A stretch of 64,000 nt of DNA from a virus: IMG/VR virus record IMGVR_UViG_3300005998_000005, positions 940 to 64,939 of that record. One strand, written 5' to 3'. The notes below the pieces were generated by a model, which was given only the letters and a program-made list of their open reading frames with translations, ran no database searches and was not told where the DNA came from. How positions within the stretch are numbered: the stretch's first letter is position 1; each line of letters starts with the position of its first letter. A program made the position numbers and the translations under genes. This document shows, one piece after another, positions 1 through 10,829 of the stretch.

Positions 1-91
1 TTGTCTCGGCTTCGCCTCCCGGGCCTTGTCTAAAATTTGATCTATGCAGATCAATCAAAAGCTGCATTTGTAAGTCGTCCATAGTTCCTCC

Positions 92-1036
92 TCAATCAAT
101 ATCGCTAATCAGCCTCTCTGCCAGCTCCAACACATCCACCGGCCAGAAGCATTCCGGGCGTGGATGGCGTATTTGCGGATGTCCGGCCTCTGGGCGGCAG
201 TTTTGCAGGCAGTCGAGCCACTGGGCCGGAATAGCCTCCCGACCGCACACAGCGCCTAACAGTGCCCCACAAATGGCCGCGTTGGTATCGGTGTCACCTC
301 CGCGCATAATGGTATCGACAACACCGTCCTCAAGGCTCGGGGCGTGGAACAGCTGATACAGGGCATTCTGAAAAGCGATCAACACCCAGCCCTGCTGGTG
401 AACATAGTCCACTGGCGGCTCTTTGGCAGCCTTGTCGATGGTATCCAGCAAAGCGGGTTCAACGGGCATGTCTGCAGCCCACTGCCGGATGTGCTGGTAC
501 AGCTTTTTGCGGTCACAGCCGGATTGAATGGCGTGGGCAATTCCCATGGCAAACAGCGCGTTCGCCTGTTGGCAGATCAGGTTGGGATGTGTGAGTGCCG
601 CATCCTGCATCGCCCATTCGGCCACATGATTCAGTTCAAATCCGGCTCCGAAAATCCCGAGCGGGCTGATCCGCATCATGGCTCCATTGGCCTGACTGTC
701 CGGGTTTGGATTTCCACGCAGCCCGGCAGAAATGGTCATGCCGCAATCAAACGGATCGGAACTCAGCCAGTATTGATATTCCTTGCGTGCCGCCTCTGGG
801 TCATACGAACGGGTTTTCACCAGTAGCCGGGCAAGGAGCAGAGCCATCTCGGAATCATCGGTCGGCTGACCGGCAATGGTATTCCATGTGCCGCCATCCG
901 CCAGCTCCCGGACGCCATCAGGGTAGCCGCGCCGGATATCATCCGGGGACTGAAACTCAACCAGACTCCCCAGTGCATCACCGGCAAGCTGGCCAAGCAG
1001 GCATCCTTGGGCTCTGGATGTTCTGTCTATGCCCAT
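92..1036 (-). CDS. ADP-ribosylglycohydrolase (DraG/ARH family)
   Basis: Motifs GDALG, TDDSEM, NGAMMRISP and GGDTDTNAAICGALLGA; start overlaps the mcrC stop by 10 nt. Confidence 0.92.
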   Translation of the reverse strand: MGIDRTSRAQGCLLGQLAGDALGSLVEFQSPDDIRRGYPDGVRELADGGTWNTIAGQPTDDSEMALLLARLLVKTRSYDPEAARKEYQYWLSSDPFDCGMTISAGLRGNPNPDSQANGAMMRISPLGIFGAGFELNHVAEWAMQDAALTHPNLICQQANALFAMGIAHAIQSGCDRKKLYQHIRQWAADMPVEPALLDTIDKAAKEPPVDYVHQQGWVLIAFQNALYQLFHAPSLEDGVVDTIMRGGDTDTNAAICGALLGAVCGREAIPAQWLDCLQNCRPEAGHPQIRHPRPECFWPVDVLELAERLISDID

Positions 1037-2475
1037 ACAGCAATCTTCTCCTTAATCAGTATTTTCGAATGGATAGTATCAATGAACATACGACACTGTT
1101 CGCTCATGAGCCTGTTAAAATCAAGAGATGTATTGTCAGGGATTTTCAGAAAAAGAACATGAAACGGGATATCTTGCCCCTGCTGGCGAATAACATCGGA
1201 AATCAGCCCCTGCGTTTTATCCAGATTGAGTGCAATCCATCTCTCTTCAGATATCGGGTAAACAAAGCCACACCCCTTTATAGACGCTCCATTCCCATAC
1301 TGCCCTATGTATGTGTGCAGCTGGAAAAGATCCTCACGCTTGACCCCGAATTGTGGGTCAAAGGCTTTATACTTCACATCAAAGACGTACAGGCCGCCAT
1401 CACTCTCAAAAACAAGGTCCGGTTCAAGTTTGCGCATGTAGCTGCCAAGAGCACCTGCCGGTATTTCATAGCGTTGCTCGAACTTGCTTAACAGTCGGAC
1501 CCCATCTCGTTTGATGAGTTTCCGGATGAAATATTCGAAAAGCATCGATATATCGAAAAAGAAGGCGCTCGAATCATGCTGGGAGTCAAAATCAGAACCT
1601 TGCTGGCTGATGACTTGCTTCGACAGATCTATCAGCACGTTATAGTCGTTGTAGAAGGGATTGGTGAAATACGGTGTTCTCAAAATTTCCTGACGGGATC
1701 TTTTCACACCCTGATTAGCGGTAAGAAACGCATTGTAGACATTCCTTGTACGCTGGCAAAAAGAGTAGTGCTCAACCGACTCATAGGCTTTGATGAAAAG
1801 TGAGGTCGCGGGGCAGTCGTAGCTGTGCTCTCGATAGGAGCACAAATATTTTCCAGAGGTTTTATTTCGGAAGTAGTCAACCGCATTGATTGTTCCACGC
1901 ACACGGGAAATCCGATCATTCTTTGTAATGTAGGTCTTGGGAAGCCCCAGCCGGTAAGCTCTCTTGAATTTGATATTCCAAAGATATGCAAGAAGCCACT
2001 CATATCCATCACCGTGGCTTTCGCCGCCAATGTTTTCCAGTTCGAGAAACCCGTCGGCATCGGCAATGATGTACTGAAGGAAAGCATCACCAAACCGAGA
2101 GCTGATCTTCAGGGAATAATCGCCACGTTTGACAAACCCAATCAGATTGCCTGTGGTGAGATTGAAGTTTCTGGCATCCGTACCGGTTACACCGATAAAG
2201 CCGCCGTCGGTATTGTGTTCGTAATCTTCATCATTGAAGAGGATTAGGGCATCGGCAATATTGTCATTCAGCGTTTTTTCGACATCACGAGAAACCGAAT
2301 TCAAAAAATGCCAAATAGCAGACTCGTCGTTATGAGGATAGGTCCACTGGCCTTTTGATTTGGTGCTGAGGGTAATCGATTCACCCAAACGCCTATTGGT
2401 CAAGATGCCTTGGTTGACCAAATAAGACTGGTTATCGACCAGAGTCCCGTTCTTTATGATATCGAACAGCCACAC
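1027..2475 (-). CDS. mcrC: McrC-family restriction subunit (PD-(D/E)xK nuclease)
   Basis: C-terminal LEPDLVF...FDVKYK and DLFQLHTY motifs; 3 nt downstream of mcrB. Confidence 0.85.
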   Translation of the reverse strand: MWLFDIIKNGTLVDNQSYLVNQGILTNRRLGESITLSTKSKGQWTYPHNDESAIWHFLNSVSRDVEKTLNDNIADALILFNDEDYEHNTDGGFIGVTGTDARNFNLTTGNLIGFVKRGDYSLKISSRFGDAFLQYIIADADGFLELENIGGESHGDGYEWLLAYLWNIKFKRAYRLGLPKTYITKNDRISRVRGTINAVDYFRNKTSGKYLCSYREHSYDCPATSLFIKAYESVEHYSFCQRTRNVYNAFLTANQGVKRSRQEILRTPYFTNPFYNDYNVLIDLSKQVISQQGSDFDSQHDSSAFFFDISMLFEYFIRKLIKRDGVRLLSKFEQRYEIPAGALGSYMRKLEPDLVFESDGGLYVFDVKYKAFDPQFGVKREDLFQLHTYIGQYGNGASIKGCGFVYPISEERWIALNLDKTQGLISDVIRQQGQDIPFHVLFLKIPDNTSLDFNRLMSEQCRMFIDTIHSKILIKEKIAVWA

Positions 2476-2478
2476 GAT

Positions 2479-4122
2479 TTAAACCCCGAATGCCTTTCCG
2501 AAAGAACCGATGAGCTCAGCCTCCTTGCCGGTACCGCGTAGGTATTCCTGCAGCAAAGGCCGGATGCAATCATCCCAGACACGCTCTCTTACTTCCGCAA
2601 CCGTAAGGCTGGTGGCATACTTCAAGTTCATCAAATAGGCATGCCCGATTTGGTAATCATGGCCCAGCAAAGGTTCCTTGGCTATCTGGGTGTTCAGCCG
2701 TTCAAGGTTATCCGCCAGAGGGACCCAGGTTTTGCAGAACTGGTTCAGATGGTATCTCAACAGCCCTGTATCCGGCGTTACTTCTTCCCAGCGGAATCTG
2801 CGTCGGAGAGCGAAATCAAAGCTTTCCACACTCCGGTCAATGGTATTCATCGTTCCGATCAGATAGATGTTTGTCGGGATGAAAAACAGGTATCCTTGAT
2901 CGGTCTGAAGCATGCCGGTGTGTTCGTTATTCAGGTTGGCATATTGGGTTTTGACGCTGCCTTTAATGCCTCGATATTCCAGGCAATACATCAGCTCACC
3001 AAAAACCCGAGACAACTCAGCCCGGTTCACTTCATCAATTATAAAGAAGAATGGAGGCACAGCATCGGATACCAGCTTGGATGAGTCTGATATTTCGAAA
3101 ATGTACTGCCAATAATCACCTGATAATTTTTCTCTATGGGGACGAAGCTCATCGATCGTGATTGATTCCCAGTCCCTATCGAGACCAAGGCTGCGAACAT
3201 CAATTTCCCACTTTCCGGCGTTTCGGCAAAACTCTTTGAAAACACCATTCTGCAATGTCAGCTGCGCAGTTCCGTTACCATCCAAAACGGGGCGTAATCC
3301 TTCCATGAAGTCTTCGTAACTGAAAGAAGGATGGAATTGCACCAGCTCAATCTGACTTCCATGTGTGAGACTGCTGTTCGGAGCAAACTCTTCTTTCCAG
3401 ATATCAAATAACAGAGAGGTCTGCTGGCGTGCTTGGTATGTCTTCCCAGTTCCGGGAGCACCATATTTAACGATCTGCTTTTTCAGGCTGAATGGATTGG
3501 ACAGATTCTCATAGAGCACCCAAACAAACTGACTCAGATAAAACTCGTCCGTTTTATTGTCCCGAAGCTCATCGCTGAACTCATCTTTGATGATCTTCAG
3601 CAGGAAAATGTTTTTTGAATACCAATCTTGATCCTCTTCGGCCGGATATGCCGGGATAATTCCTTCACGTATAAGCCAGCTGAAGACCTGATTAAACTTA
3701 CCAGAATCGACTGTTGTGGAAACTTCGAGCGTGCAAGCGGCTGCAACACGATTGACGAGAACTGGATTGTTGGACTTGCCTTGGGCAGACCACGCTTCGT
3801 CAAATTTCCTGAAGCCATCTTTGTTGGGAGTCAGGATGAATTGTTCCAACGCGGATATGAATTCCTTGTTTTTGATGAATGACTGGAAGTTGTCATTACT
3901 CAAAACAGACTGGCCGCGAGAAGCGATTCCGTTACTTTTTTCATAGAGGAGCTGCTTCAGGAAAGCCTCGTCACTTTGAGACAAACCCTCTCCTGATTTG
4001 ATGCGTTCACGGATTTGCCCGACCTGACCGTAAAAATCACGATAGGCATCATGCCAGCCTTTGACTTCGTGTTTCCGGTTTTCAATCAGGTATTTGTAAA
4101 GATTTTTCAGTCTGCTTTTCAT
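2479..4122 (-). CDS. mcrB: McrB-family AAA+ GTPase
   Basis: Walker A YGAPGTGKT, VQFHPSFSYEDF, Walker B IIDEVNR, signature MNTIDRS, FALRRRF. Confidence 0.92.
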   Translation of the reverse strand: MKSRLKNLYKYLIENRKHEVKGWHDAYRDFYGQVGQIRERIKSGEGLSQSDEAFLKQLLYEKSNGIASRGQSVLSNDNFQSFIKNKEFISALEQFILTPNKDGFRKFDEAWSAQGKSNNPVLVNRVAAACTLEVSTTVDSGKFNQVFSWLIREGIIPAYPAEEDQDWYSKNIFLLKIIKDEFSDELRDNKTDEFYLSQFVWVLYENLSNPFSLKKQIVKYGAPGTGKTYQARQQTSLLFDIWKEEFAPNSSLTHGSQIELVQFHPSFSYEDFMEGLRPVLDGNGTAQLTLQNGVFKEFCRNAGKWEIDVRSLGLDRDWESITIDELRPHREKLSGDYWQYIFEISDSSKLVSDAVPPFFFIIDEVNRAELSRVFGELMYCLEYRGIKGSVKTQYANLNNEHTGMLQTDQGYLFFIPTNIYLIGTMNTIDRSVESFDFALRRRFRWEEVTPDTGLLRYHLNQFCKTWVPLADNLERLNTQIAKEPLLGHDYQIGHAYLMNLKYATSLTVAEVRERVWDDCIRPLLQEYLRGTGKEAELIGSFGKAFGV

Positions 4123-5180
4123 TTCAGCCCCTTATTTTCTAAATCGTTCTCTTTTTCAGCGATCGGCAGTTCCTCCAGCTCGAAAAGATCGTGTGACATG
4201 CGGCGGACACCGATGTTGTATTCCATCAGCAGTGTGACCAGCTGTTCGCCATTCATGAGGCCCACGGGTGTTTTATCCGGCTGATTGGCTTCCTTGATGG
4301 CCCCGGTGCTGAAGTCGCTGGTGGTAATGATCAATCCCTGTTCATGGGCACCAAGACTGCCGCGCACCTGTTGAACGGTCGGGCTTTGGATATTGCCTTT
4401 CCATCGTTCTGCCTGAACAGCCATCTTTATCCGGACCACATCGCTGATCAGCAGCGTGCCCCGGACATCAGTACCGCCATCGCCGCCGTACTTGGTAACC
4501 TCGATGCTTTCAAAACCCATCTCAGCCAGCAGCTGTCCAACCAGCTCCTCAAATTGAGCTGGACTCAAGTCCATCAGCTGGGACAGCAGCTTTTTCCGGA
4601 TCTCTCGATTGTGCTTGGAAATCTGATACGGCAGGCCGGTTCCCATCCATTTGACGAGGCTGTAATACCCGGGTGATGTGCGAACAAAACGGCCGGGCTC
4701 ACCGCTGGCCTTTGCCCGTTTGAGTTTAGTCACCAATTGGGCGTTCATAGTTGCTTCGGGAGTCTTGCCGGAGGTATTCAACCACCCCTGATTCAGGGCC
4801 TTGTCAGTGATGTCCCGGTAATGCATGGAGTTCCGGTTACCAAACTGATCCAGCACCTTTTCTGCAGCATCCAGAAATGAGAATGTCTCTTTCGACTTAA
4901 CCGAAGAGCTCGCGGCACTTCGCTCCGGCTCCTTGGCATCGCAAACAGCAACAAGCTGCGTATCCCGAAGAAAGAACGTCTGAGGCGCAACCTTCACAAA
5001 GGTCGACTGGTCCCTATGCTTTTTAATATCCGAGTAAAGGCGGGCACTGACAGTGGCCTCCGGCGTTTTGCCTTTTGCTACCCACAAGCCCGCTTCAATG
5101 ATCCGCTCGGCAATCTCTTTTGCATGGAGAGGCTTTCCAGCGTCCTTCAATATCTGAATGGCTGCGTCTTGAACGTTCAT
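4119..5180 (-). CDS. Tandem HARE-HTH domains plus Mrr-type restriction endonuclease domain
   Basis: Two repeats of the form LxxxGxxxHxxxIxxxxxxxG...GKTPEAT; C-terminal FEELVGQLLAEMGF, GGDGGTDV, VQAERW, GLIITTSDF. Confidence 0.85.
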   Translation of the reverse strand: MNVQDAAIQILKDAGKPLHAKEIAERIIEAGLWVAKGKTPEATVSARLYSDIKKHRDQSTFVKVAPQTFFLRDTQLVAVCDAKEPERSAASSSVKSKETFSFLDAAEKVLDQFGNRNSMHYRDITDKALNQGWLNTSGKTPEATMNAQLVTKLKRAKASGEPGRFVRTSPGYYSLVKWMGTGLPYQISKHNREIRKKLLSQLMDLSPAQFEELVGQLLAEMGFESIEVTKYGGDGGTDVRGTLLISDVVRIKMAVQAERWKGNIQSPTVQQVRGSLGAHEQGLIITTSDFSTGAIKEANQPDKTPVGLMNGEQLVTLLMEYNIGVRRMSHDLFELEELPIAEKENDLENKGLK

Positions 5181-5191
5181 ATTATTTGCCT

Positions 5192-5386
5192 TTATCCAAG
5201 TTTACGTCTTTCCTCTCGTGCTATTTCGGCAATTCCGTCAAGGGCCTCGTCGTCCAGATCGAGATCCACAAGCTCGTTGCGGAGCTCATCCTTTAAGTTC
5301 GTTGCTGCAGTTTCAGCGAATTCAAGTATGTATGCCAAGTCAGTGCTTGAGACGTTAACCGTTGTTTCGATCAGGTTGGCTGACAT
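5192..5386 (-). CDS. Small acidic hypothetical protein (64 aa)
   Basis: ATG at 5386, 11-nt gaps to both neighbours; function unknown. Confidence 0.55.
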   Translation of the reverse strand: MSANLIETTVNVSSTDLAYILEFAETAATNLKDELRNELVDLDLDDEALDGIAEIAREERRKLG

Positions 5387-5397
5387 TTTTCGTACCT

Positions 5398-7388
5398 TCA
5401 GTTTTGTTGTTCCTGTTGCAGAAGGTCCTTCCAACCTTCATAAATCATGACCATTGCCATGGTATCCAATTCGCAATATTTGAGCAGAGCCTTCCGGATC
5501 TCCTCACGTTCATATTCCGACATTTCTTCAAACTGCATCCGGGCATAAGCGGTCAGGGCTGCACCACCATCTCGCAGCTCATCATCGTCACTCAAGATGC
5601 CCATATCTTTGTCTGAAATATCCTGAAACATCTTCGGCAGCATTTTGTATGGGTCGGCAACTTTTCCGTCCTTGATTTTGATCCACTGCCAGTCTTTGAA
5701 GTTGATACTCGGGATTCCATCAGTTGCGCCGTAGATGGGCTTTGAATATTTATCCTGCAGAAAGGCCGAACTGTTCAGGATTGCCGGTAGCACCTGTTTG
5801 ATTGAGTTGGAGCCATTGGTGACTGGGTCGTAATAGTAGCGCTTAACAATTTCCCACATGTCGACCATGTTGCGCTCGCCGGTCCACTGCTCAACAGAGT
5901 CCTTCACGGCTTGGGTGATAGACCTGATGAACGCGCACAATTCCTCCCGGTCTTCAATTTCCCGCTGATCAGCCTGAAGCTGGCGGTAAATCATGTTGAG
6001 GAACGTGTTTTCATGGTTGGAGTAGCGGAAGATGCTGCCGTTGTCATTTTCAAGTTGAGCCTTCAGGGCTCTCACAAATTCATAATTTGGAAACGCTCCC
6101 TGTTCCGTATTCAAATACTCACCGAAATGCTCCACTGTGCCATCCTCGTGAACGATATGATGGAAAACTGAAACGCGATCCCCTCGTAAGGTCTGCGACC
6201 TGCATTAAACGGTATGGCCACCATGGTGGTTTCAAAGTCAATGAAATGGAGCGGAAACACCCAGCTGCTCAACTCGCTCTGCAGGGTTTCCTGATCCAGC
6301 CAGATCGAAGTGTCACCGTTCTGGAATTTCTCAATCTGAAGCCACTGGCGTTCGCTGGCAGAGATACCCGGCTTTTTGTCGGGCTTAGGAACCACATCCT
6401 CCTCGGTAAGGTCGGACATTTTGATGCAGCCAGCCTCAATGAGCTTGGCCTTTTTTCTGAAGTTCCAGACATCGAGCACGGTTGGACTCTCGAAATCCTC
6501 GTCCTTCCAGCCCAGATTGGCTTTCCAGCATTCTTTCTTTCCGCTCAACAAGCCGGACTGCTCTTCGCCATCCTTTGTATAGAACTCGCAGCCGGAGCAG
6601 TTGGTTGAAACAGGTGACGGTATTTTGATATCCGAAGCATAGTGCTCTGCAAACAGATCAACTCGCTGTGTAAAGCTGAGGGACTGATCACTGCCGCCAT
6701 CTGTACCGGCATAAATCTGCTCGCATTCGGTATCAACATTTACCTTGCAGAGAATCGGCGGTGTCAGATCCGCATCGGTCAGTGTTTCTGATGCCGATAC
6801 AGACTTTCGTCCATTGGCGTCCTTCACCAACCGAAACTTCTGGTTAAGTCCATCGGTTGGGCAGGTCGCAGATTTATCGGCCATCATGAGGTGGGCGGAG
6901 ACGGTATATTGAGGCAGCGCCTGATTGATCACATATTTCTGAAAGGCCACATCGTAGAGGTAAGATTTCCATCCTGATTTGATCGTCCCGTTTTTATTAG
7001 CAAACGGGTCTTCAGCGTCGGGATCAAAGGATTTGGCTTTCACTTCATAGAGGCTGAGACGATTACCGTTTTTAACCAGAATATCCGCACGGATGAATAG
7101 TGTGTTGGTCGCTATTGCCGCTTCGTAAATGGTTACCTGATCCAGTTGCAGGAGTCTGTTGGTTTCAGCGAGAGCCTCGTCGTAATCCAGTGTTTTGATA
7201 TCATGACCACCGGGGAAGTAACATTTAGCCAGGTCGCCCACCTGAAAGCCGCCATCAGCCAGTGCAAGAAGGAAGCTATCATCAAGGTTCTGGTTGGCGT
7301 ACTCGCTTTTTCCGGTGTAGAAGAGCTTGGTCGGGCATTCAGTTGCCAGCTTGAATCTGGATTTTGTCAGGTATCTCCTTTTTGCCAT
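5398..7388 (-). pseudogene. DUF2779-like nuclease (Cas4/RecB-like N-terminus plus DEDD/RNase H-like C-terminus), 1-bp frameshift near 6162
   Basis: LTKSRF...CPTKL, IRADILV...YEVKAKS, HFIDFETT, YCELDT; adding one C at TTTTCC(C)ATCAT restores FQFSHHIVHEDGTVEHFG and joins ORFs 6111-7388 and 5398-6135. Confidence 0.8.
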
Positions 7389-7403
7389 CAGTATCTCTCC
7401 CTG

Positions 7404-10400
7404 TTATTCACTTTTAACCACCTTTGTACATCCCGGGCCGGACAGCGAGCTGCGGCCACCGGAGACTGGTGTGATATTTATCTGGGTGCTGATTCTTTCT
7501 TTCAGTGCAGATACATGGGAGATGATTCCGATCAGCTTGCCGTCCTGCTGCAGACCGGATAAGGTTTCCAGAGCGGTCTCCAGAGCGGTCTCCAGAGCTT
7601 CTTCATCCAAGGTGCCGAAGCCTTCATCGAGAAACAGGGAATCCACCCTTACTTTCCGGCTGGCCATTTTCGACAGCCCCAACGCCAGCGTCAGGCTGAC
7701 GATAAAGCTTTCACCGCCTGACAGGTTCTTGGTCGAGCGGATTTCACCGGCCTGATAGTTATCGACGACATTCAGTTCCAGCGGCTGCTTATCGGCGCTT
7801 CGGATCACCAGCAGATTCTTAAAAACAACGTTTTTAAAGAAGATGTCTGGTGAATCAGGTTTGTTCGCCCGCCTGCGGGCGGATAAAGCGAATTGAAATC
7901 CGAAGCGCCGTTCCTGCCGACCGCAGGGCGGGAGGAACATCACGGATCAGCAGATAGCGGTCGGTCATTTTTTCCAGCTGCCGGTTGGCATGGGAAACCA
8001 TCAACTCAAAGGTCAATCCCTGAGCAAAGTTGCGGTACTTTTTCCCGTCGGCTGAACCGATGAGGCCATGCAGTTTTTCCCAGCGATGGCACTCTTTTTT
8101 CTGAGCCTCGATGGCGGACTGCTTTTCCTTTATCCGTTCTTTGGCAGCCGTATTTTCACTCAGCTTGTGCTTGAGACCGGCAACGGCATCGCGCAATTCT
8201 TTCAGGGACTCTTCAAATTCTTTGAACTGCGGTTCCAGTTCCTCAAGCGTCTTATCCGTAAGCTTTTTAGCAATCTCTGTGGCCAGACGCGTCTCCCGGT
8301 CTTTCTGTTTAGCTTTGAGCTCCGTTCCCGCGTCATCGAGCTCCTTTGCCCGGGAAGATAAAGATTCCCGATCTTCCTGTGACAGTCTGGCTTCGAGGAA
8401 GGCTTTCTCATCTGCAAAGCCTGCCGGAATCAGAGCGGCTGAGAAGTCGGTTTCCGCTTTTTGCAGTTCAGGTGTTCTTTGTTCAATGCGTTTCTTCAGG
8501 GAGTCAATATGGGTCTTGGCCGTTGTCAGTTTCTGCTGCAGCTCGGTGTTCAGGTCTCTGGCTTTCTTCTCGGCCTTTTCGGCATCGGCAATGACTTTGT
8601 TCAGTCGGCCTTCTTCGTCATCAGGCTTTTTGTCGCCATACAATTGCTTCCGCTCTTCCGTTCCGTCGGCCAGTTACTTTTTGAGTCGTTCCAGAGTTTC
8701 CTGTTTTTCAGTCAGAGCCTTGACCTGCGTATCAATCACGGCATCCAGACGCTTCACTTCGCTGTCGATGTCGGCAATCTGTTTTTCGATGTCGGTTTTT
8801 TGTTTTACCTGTTCCTGCCATGCCTTCAGTCTTGATTTAAGGGATTCGAGCAGTGACTCGACCTCTGCCTCCGGTATTTCAGAAATGCCAAGTGGCTGGA
8901 GTTTCCCGGAAACCACCAGCTTGATCTCATCAAAGCCGGTCCGAAGCTTCACGAGGGTGTCCTTCAATTCAGCGAGCGTTTTTTCTGCGGCCTTCTTGTC
9001 ATTGGCCGCTTCGGTTTCCAGCTTCTCAGTGTCATTCAGGTTTTTACGGGCAGCGGTTTCCGCCTGTTCCAGCTTTTTGATGGCGGCTTCCTGTTCGTCA
9101 GCCTTGTCGATCAGCTTGGTCAGCGATTCGATCTTTTGCTCGATTTCATCGGGAACCGGAACATTGCACTCGGCAAAGGGATGGTCGTTCGAGCCGCAGA
9201 GCGGACAGGGCCTGCCGTCTTCCAGCTTGGCCCGATGGTCTTCAAGCTCCTCAATTTTCCTGATAAAGGCCATTTCACGAAGAAGGGTATCCTTCTCGGT
9301 GCGATATTCCCGGAGCAGTTTGTCGCCCAGCAAGGCGCTAAGGGCATCCTTGCCTTGCTGAAGATTTTTAGCGGCTGACTCCAGCTCCTGTTTTTTGAGG
9401 AAGCATTGTTTGGAGGCTTCCTCAAGTTTCTTTGCGGCACCTGTTAGGGCCGTATCGGCATTTTTGAGATCAGTTTCTTTCTGCGTGAGTTCCTGTTGTT
9501 TGGCGAGCAGGCTGCCGAATTGTTCTTTAACTCCGGCCAGTCCACTGATCAGCCATTCATCCCGCACATTCTCTTTGAGGTACAGTTCTGCAGCCTCCAA
9601 CGTTTTCTCTGCGGCAGTCCGTTTTTCCAGTTCCTTCACCCGGGACTGCTTGTCGGTCTCAATCTTTCCGGCTTCCTTGGTACAAGCATCAGCGCCTTCC
9701 GATACCGCCTTTGTCTGTTCGGCAATTTTTTGATCAAGTGACCGGATTTTCTGGATCAAAGGGGCTGCCGTTTTCAGTTCCTCTTTGGCTTTCAGGGTGA
9801 GCTGTTCAGCAGATTTGAGAGCCTCTGTTTGTGTGTTTGCAGATGATTCAAGCTCAGGAAGTGCGGCTTGATCCGTTTTTAAAGCAGCCTGATCGTCGGC
9901 TTGCTGCTTGCGTAGGGATGTTACGCTCACGTATGTTCCGTCCAGAGACGCGGCTTTGGTGGCAAGTTCAAGCTTGGCTCGTTCCGGCTTGAACACCTCG
10001 GTGTCGACCTTCAGTTTGGCGGCTTCATCTGTTAGGTTGAGGATCTCTTTTTTCAGGTCTTCAATGGTGGTCAGCCATGTAATGGCTTTGCCTGTTTCAG
10101 TTGATTTACCGGCAAGCTCAGCCTCCTGTTTCAACTTGGCCGTGAGCTCGTCCTGAATTTCCTTTTCCTGTTCGGGCTCGAGAATCACAATGCCGGATGT
10201 TTCGGCGTTCAGGATGTTGAGCTTTTCCCGCTCATCACGCTGGCGCTCATGAACACGCCGTGAGATTTCTGAATAGATTTCGGTGCCGGTGATCTGCTCG
10301 AGGATCTTGGACTTCTGTTCAACATCAGCCTTAAGGAAGGTATCGAAGCCGCCTTGCGCCAGCAGAATGGAGCGGGTGAAACGATCGAAGTCCATCCCGT

Positions 10401-10818
10401 TTTTTTCTTCAATGACACCGCCAACAAGACTCTTCTTGGTTTCTATAGGCTTGCCCGTAGCATCGTCTGCAATCTGGTGTTCCTGATCCTGCAGGTTGCC
10501 TTCAGCCTTTTTCCGTGCCCGGCGCTGTTCCCAGTGACAGCGGAATCGACCAGCCTGGGATTCAAACAAGACCTCAGCGTAGCATTCACCGGTCTGGCGG
10601 GACATTATTTCATTCCCGCTCTTGGTGATTTTCCCAAGGCGTGGCGTGGCTCCATACAGGGCCAGACAGATGGCATCAAGAATTGTCGACTTGCCCGCAC
10701 CGGTCGGACCGGTCAGAGCAAAGATGCCGTTGGATACGTATTCGGGATCAGTGAAGTCTATGACCCATTCACCGTAGAGGGAGTTGAGGTTCTTAAATCT
10801 GAGTTCAAGTATCTTCAT
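7404..10818 (-). pseudogene. sbcC: SbcC/Rad50-like SMC ATPase with an in-frame TAA (8674-8676) and a 145-bp insertion (7794-7938)
   Basis: Walker A GPTGAGKS, coiled coil, zinc hook CPLCGS, signature LSGGESF, Walker B LFLDEGFGTLD; fragments rejoin in frame when the lesions are removed. Confidence 0.9.
7794..7938. mobile_element. 145-bp structured non-coding insertion (MITE/REP-like) in sbcC
   Basis: Flanked by GAT codons; 12-bp inverted repeat GGCGCTTCGGAT/ATCCGAAGCGCC plus several internal hairpins; removal restores YLLIRDDKQPLELNVV. Confidence 0.8.
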
Positions 10819-10829
10819 AATCAGCCTCT

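Noticed and set aside
1-91. Left boundary/att site of the element
   Set aside because: A short GGCTTCGCC-like palindrome is present, but no matching direct repeat or tRNA end is visible in the window
7564-7597. 12-bp tandem duplication in sbcC (ETALETALETL)
   Set aside because: In-frame micro-duplication in an already broken gene; no sign of function
8111-9361. Long plus-strand ORFs opposite sbcC, and similar ones at 25467-26591, 51510-52574 and 54351-55397
   Set aside because: Ser/Phe-rich antisense shadows of strongly supported minus-strand genes
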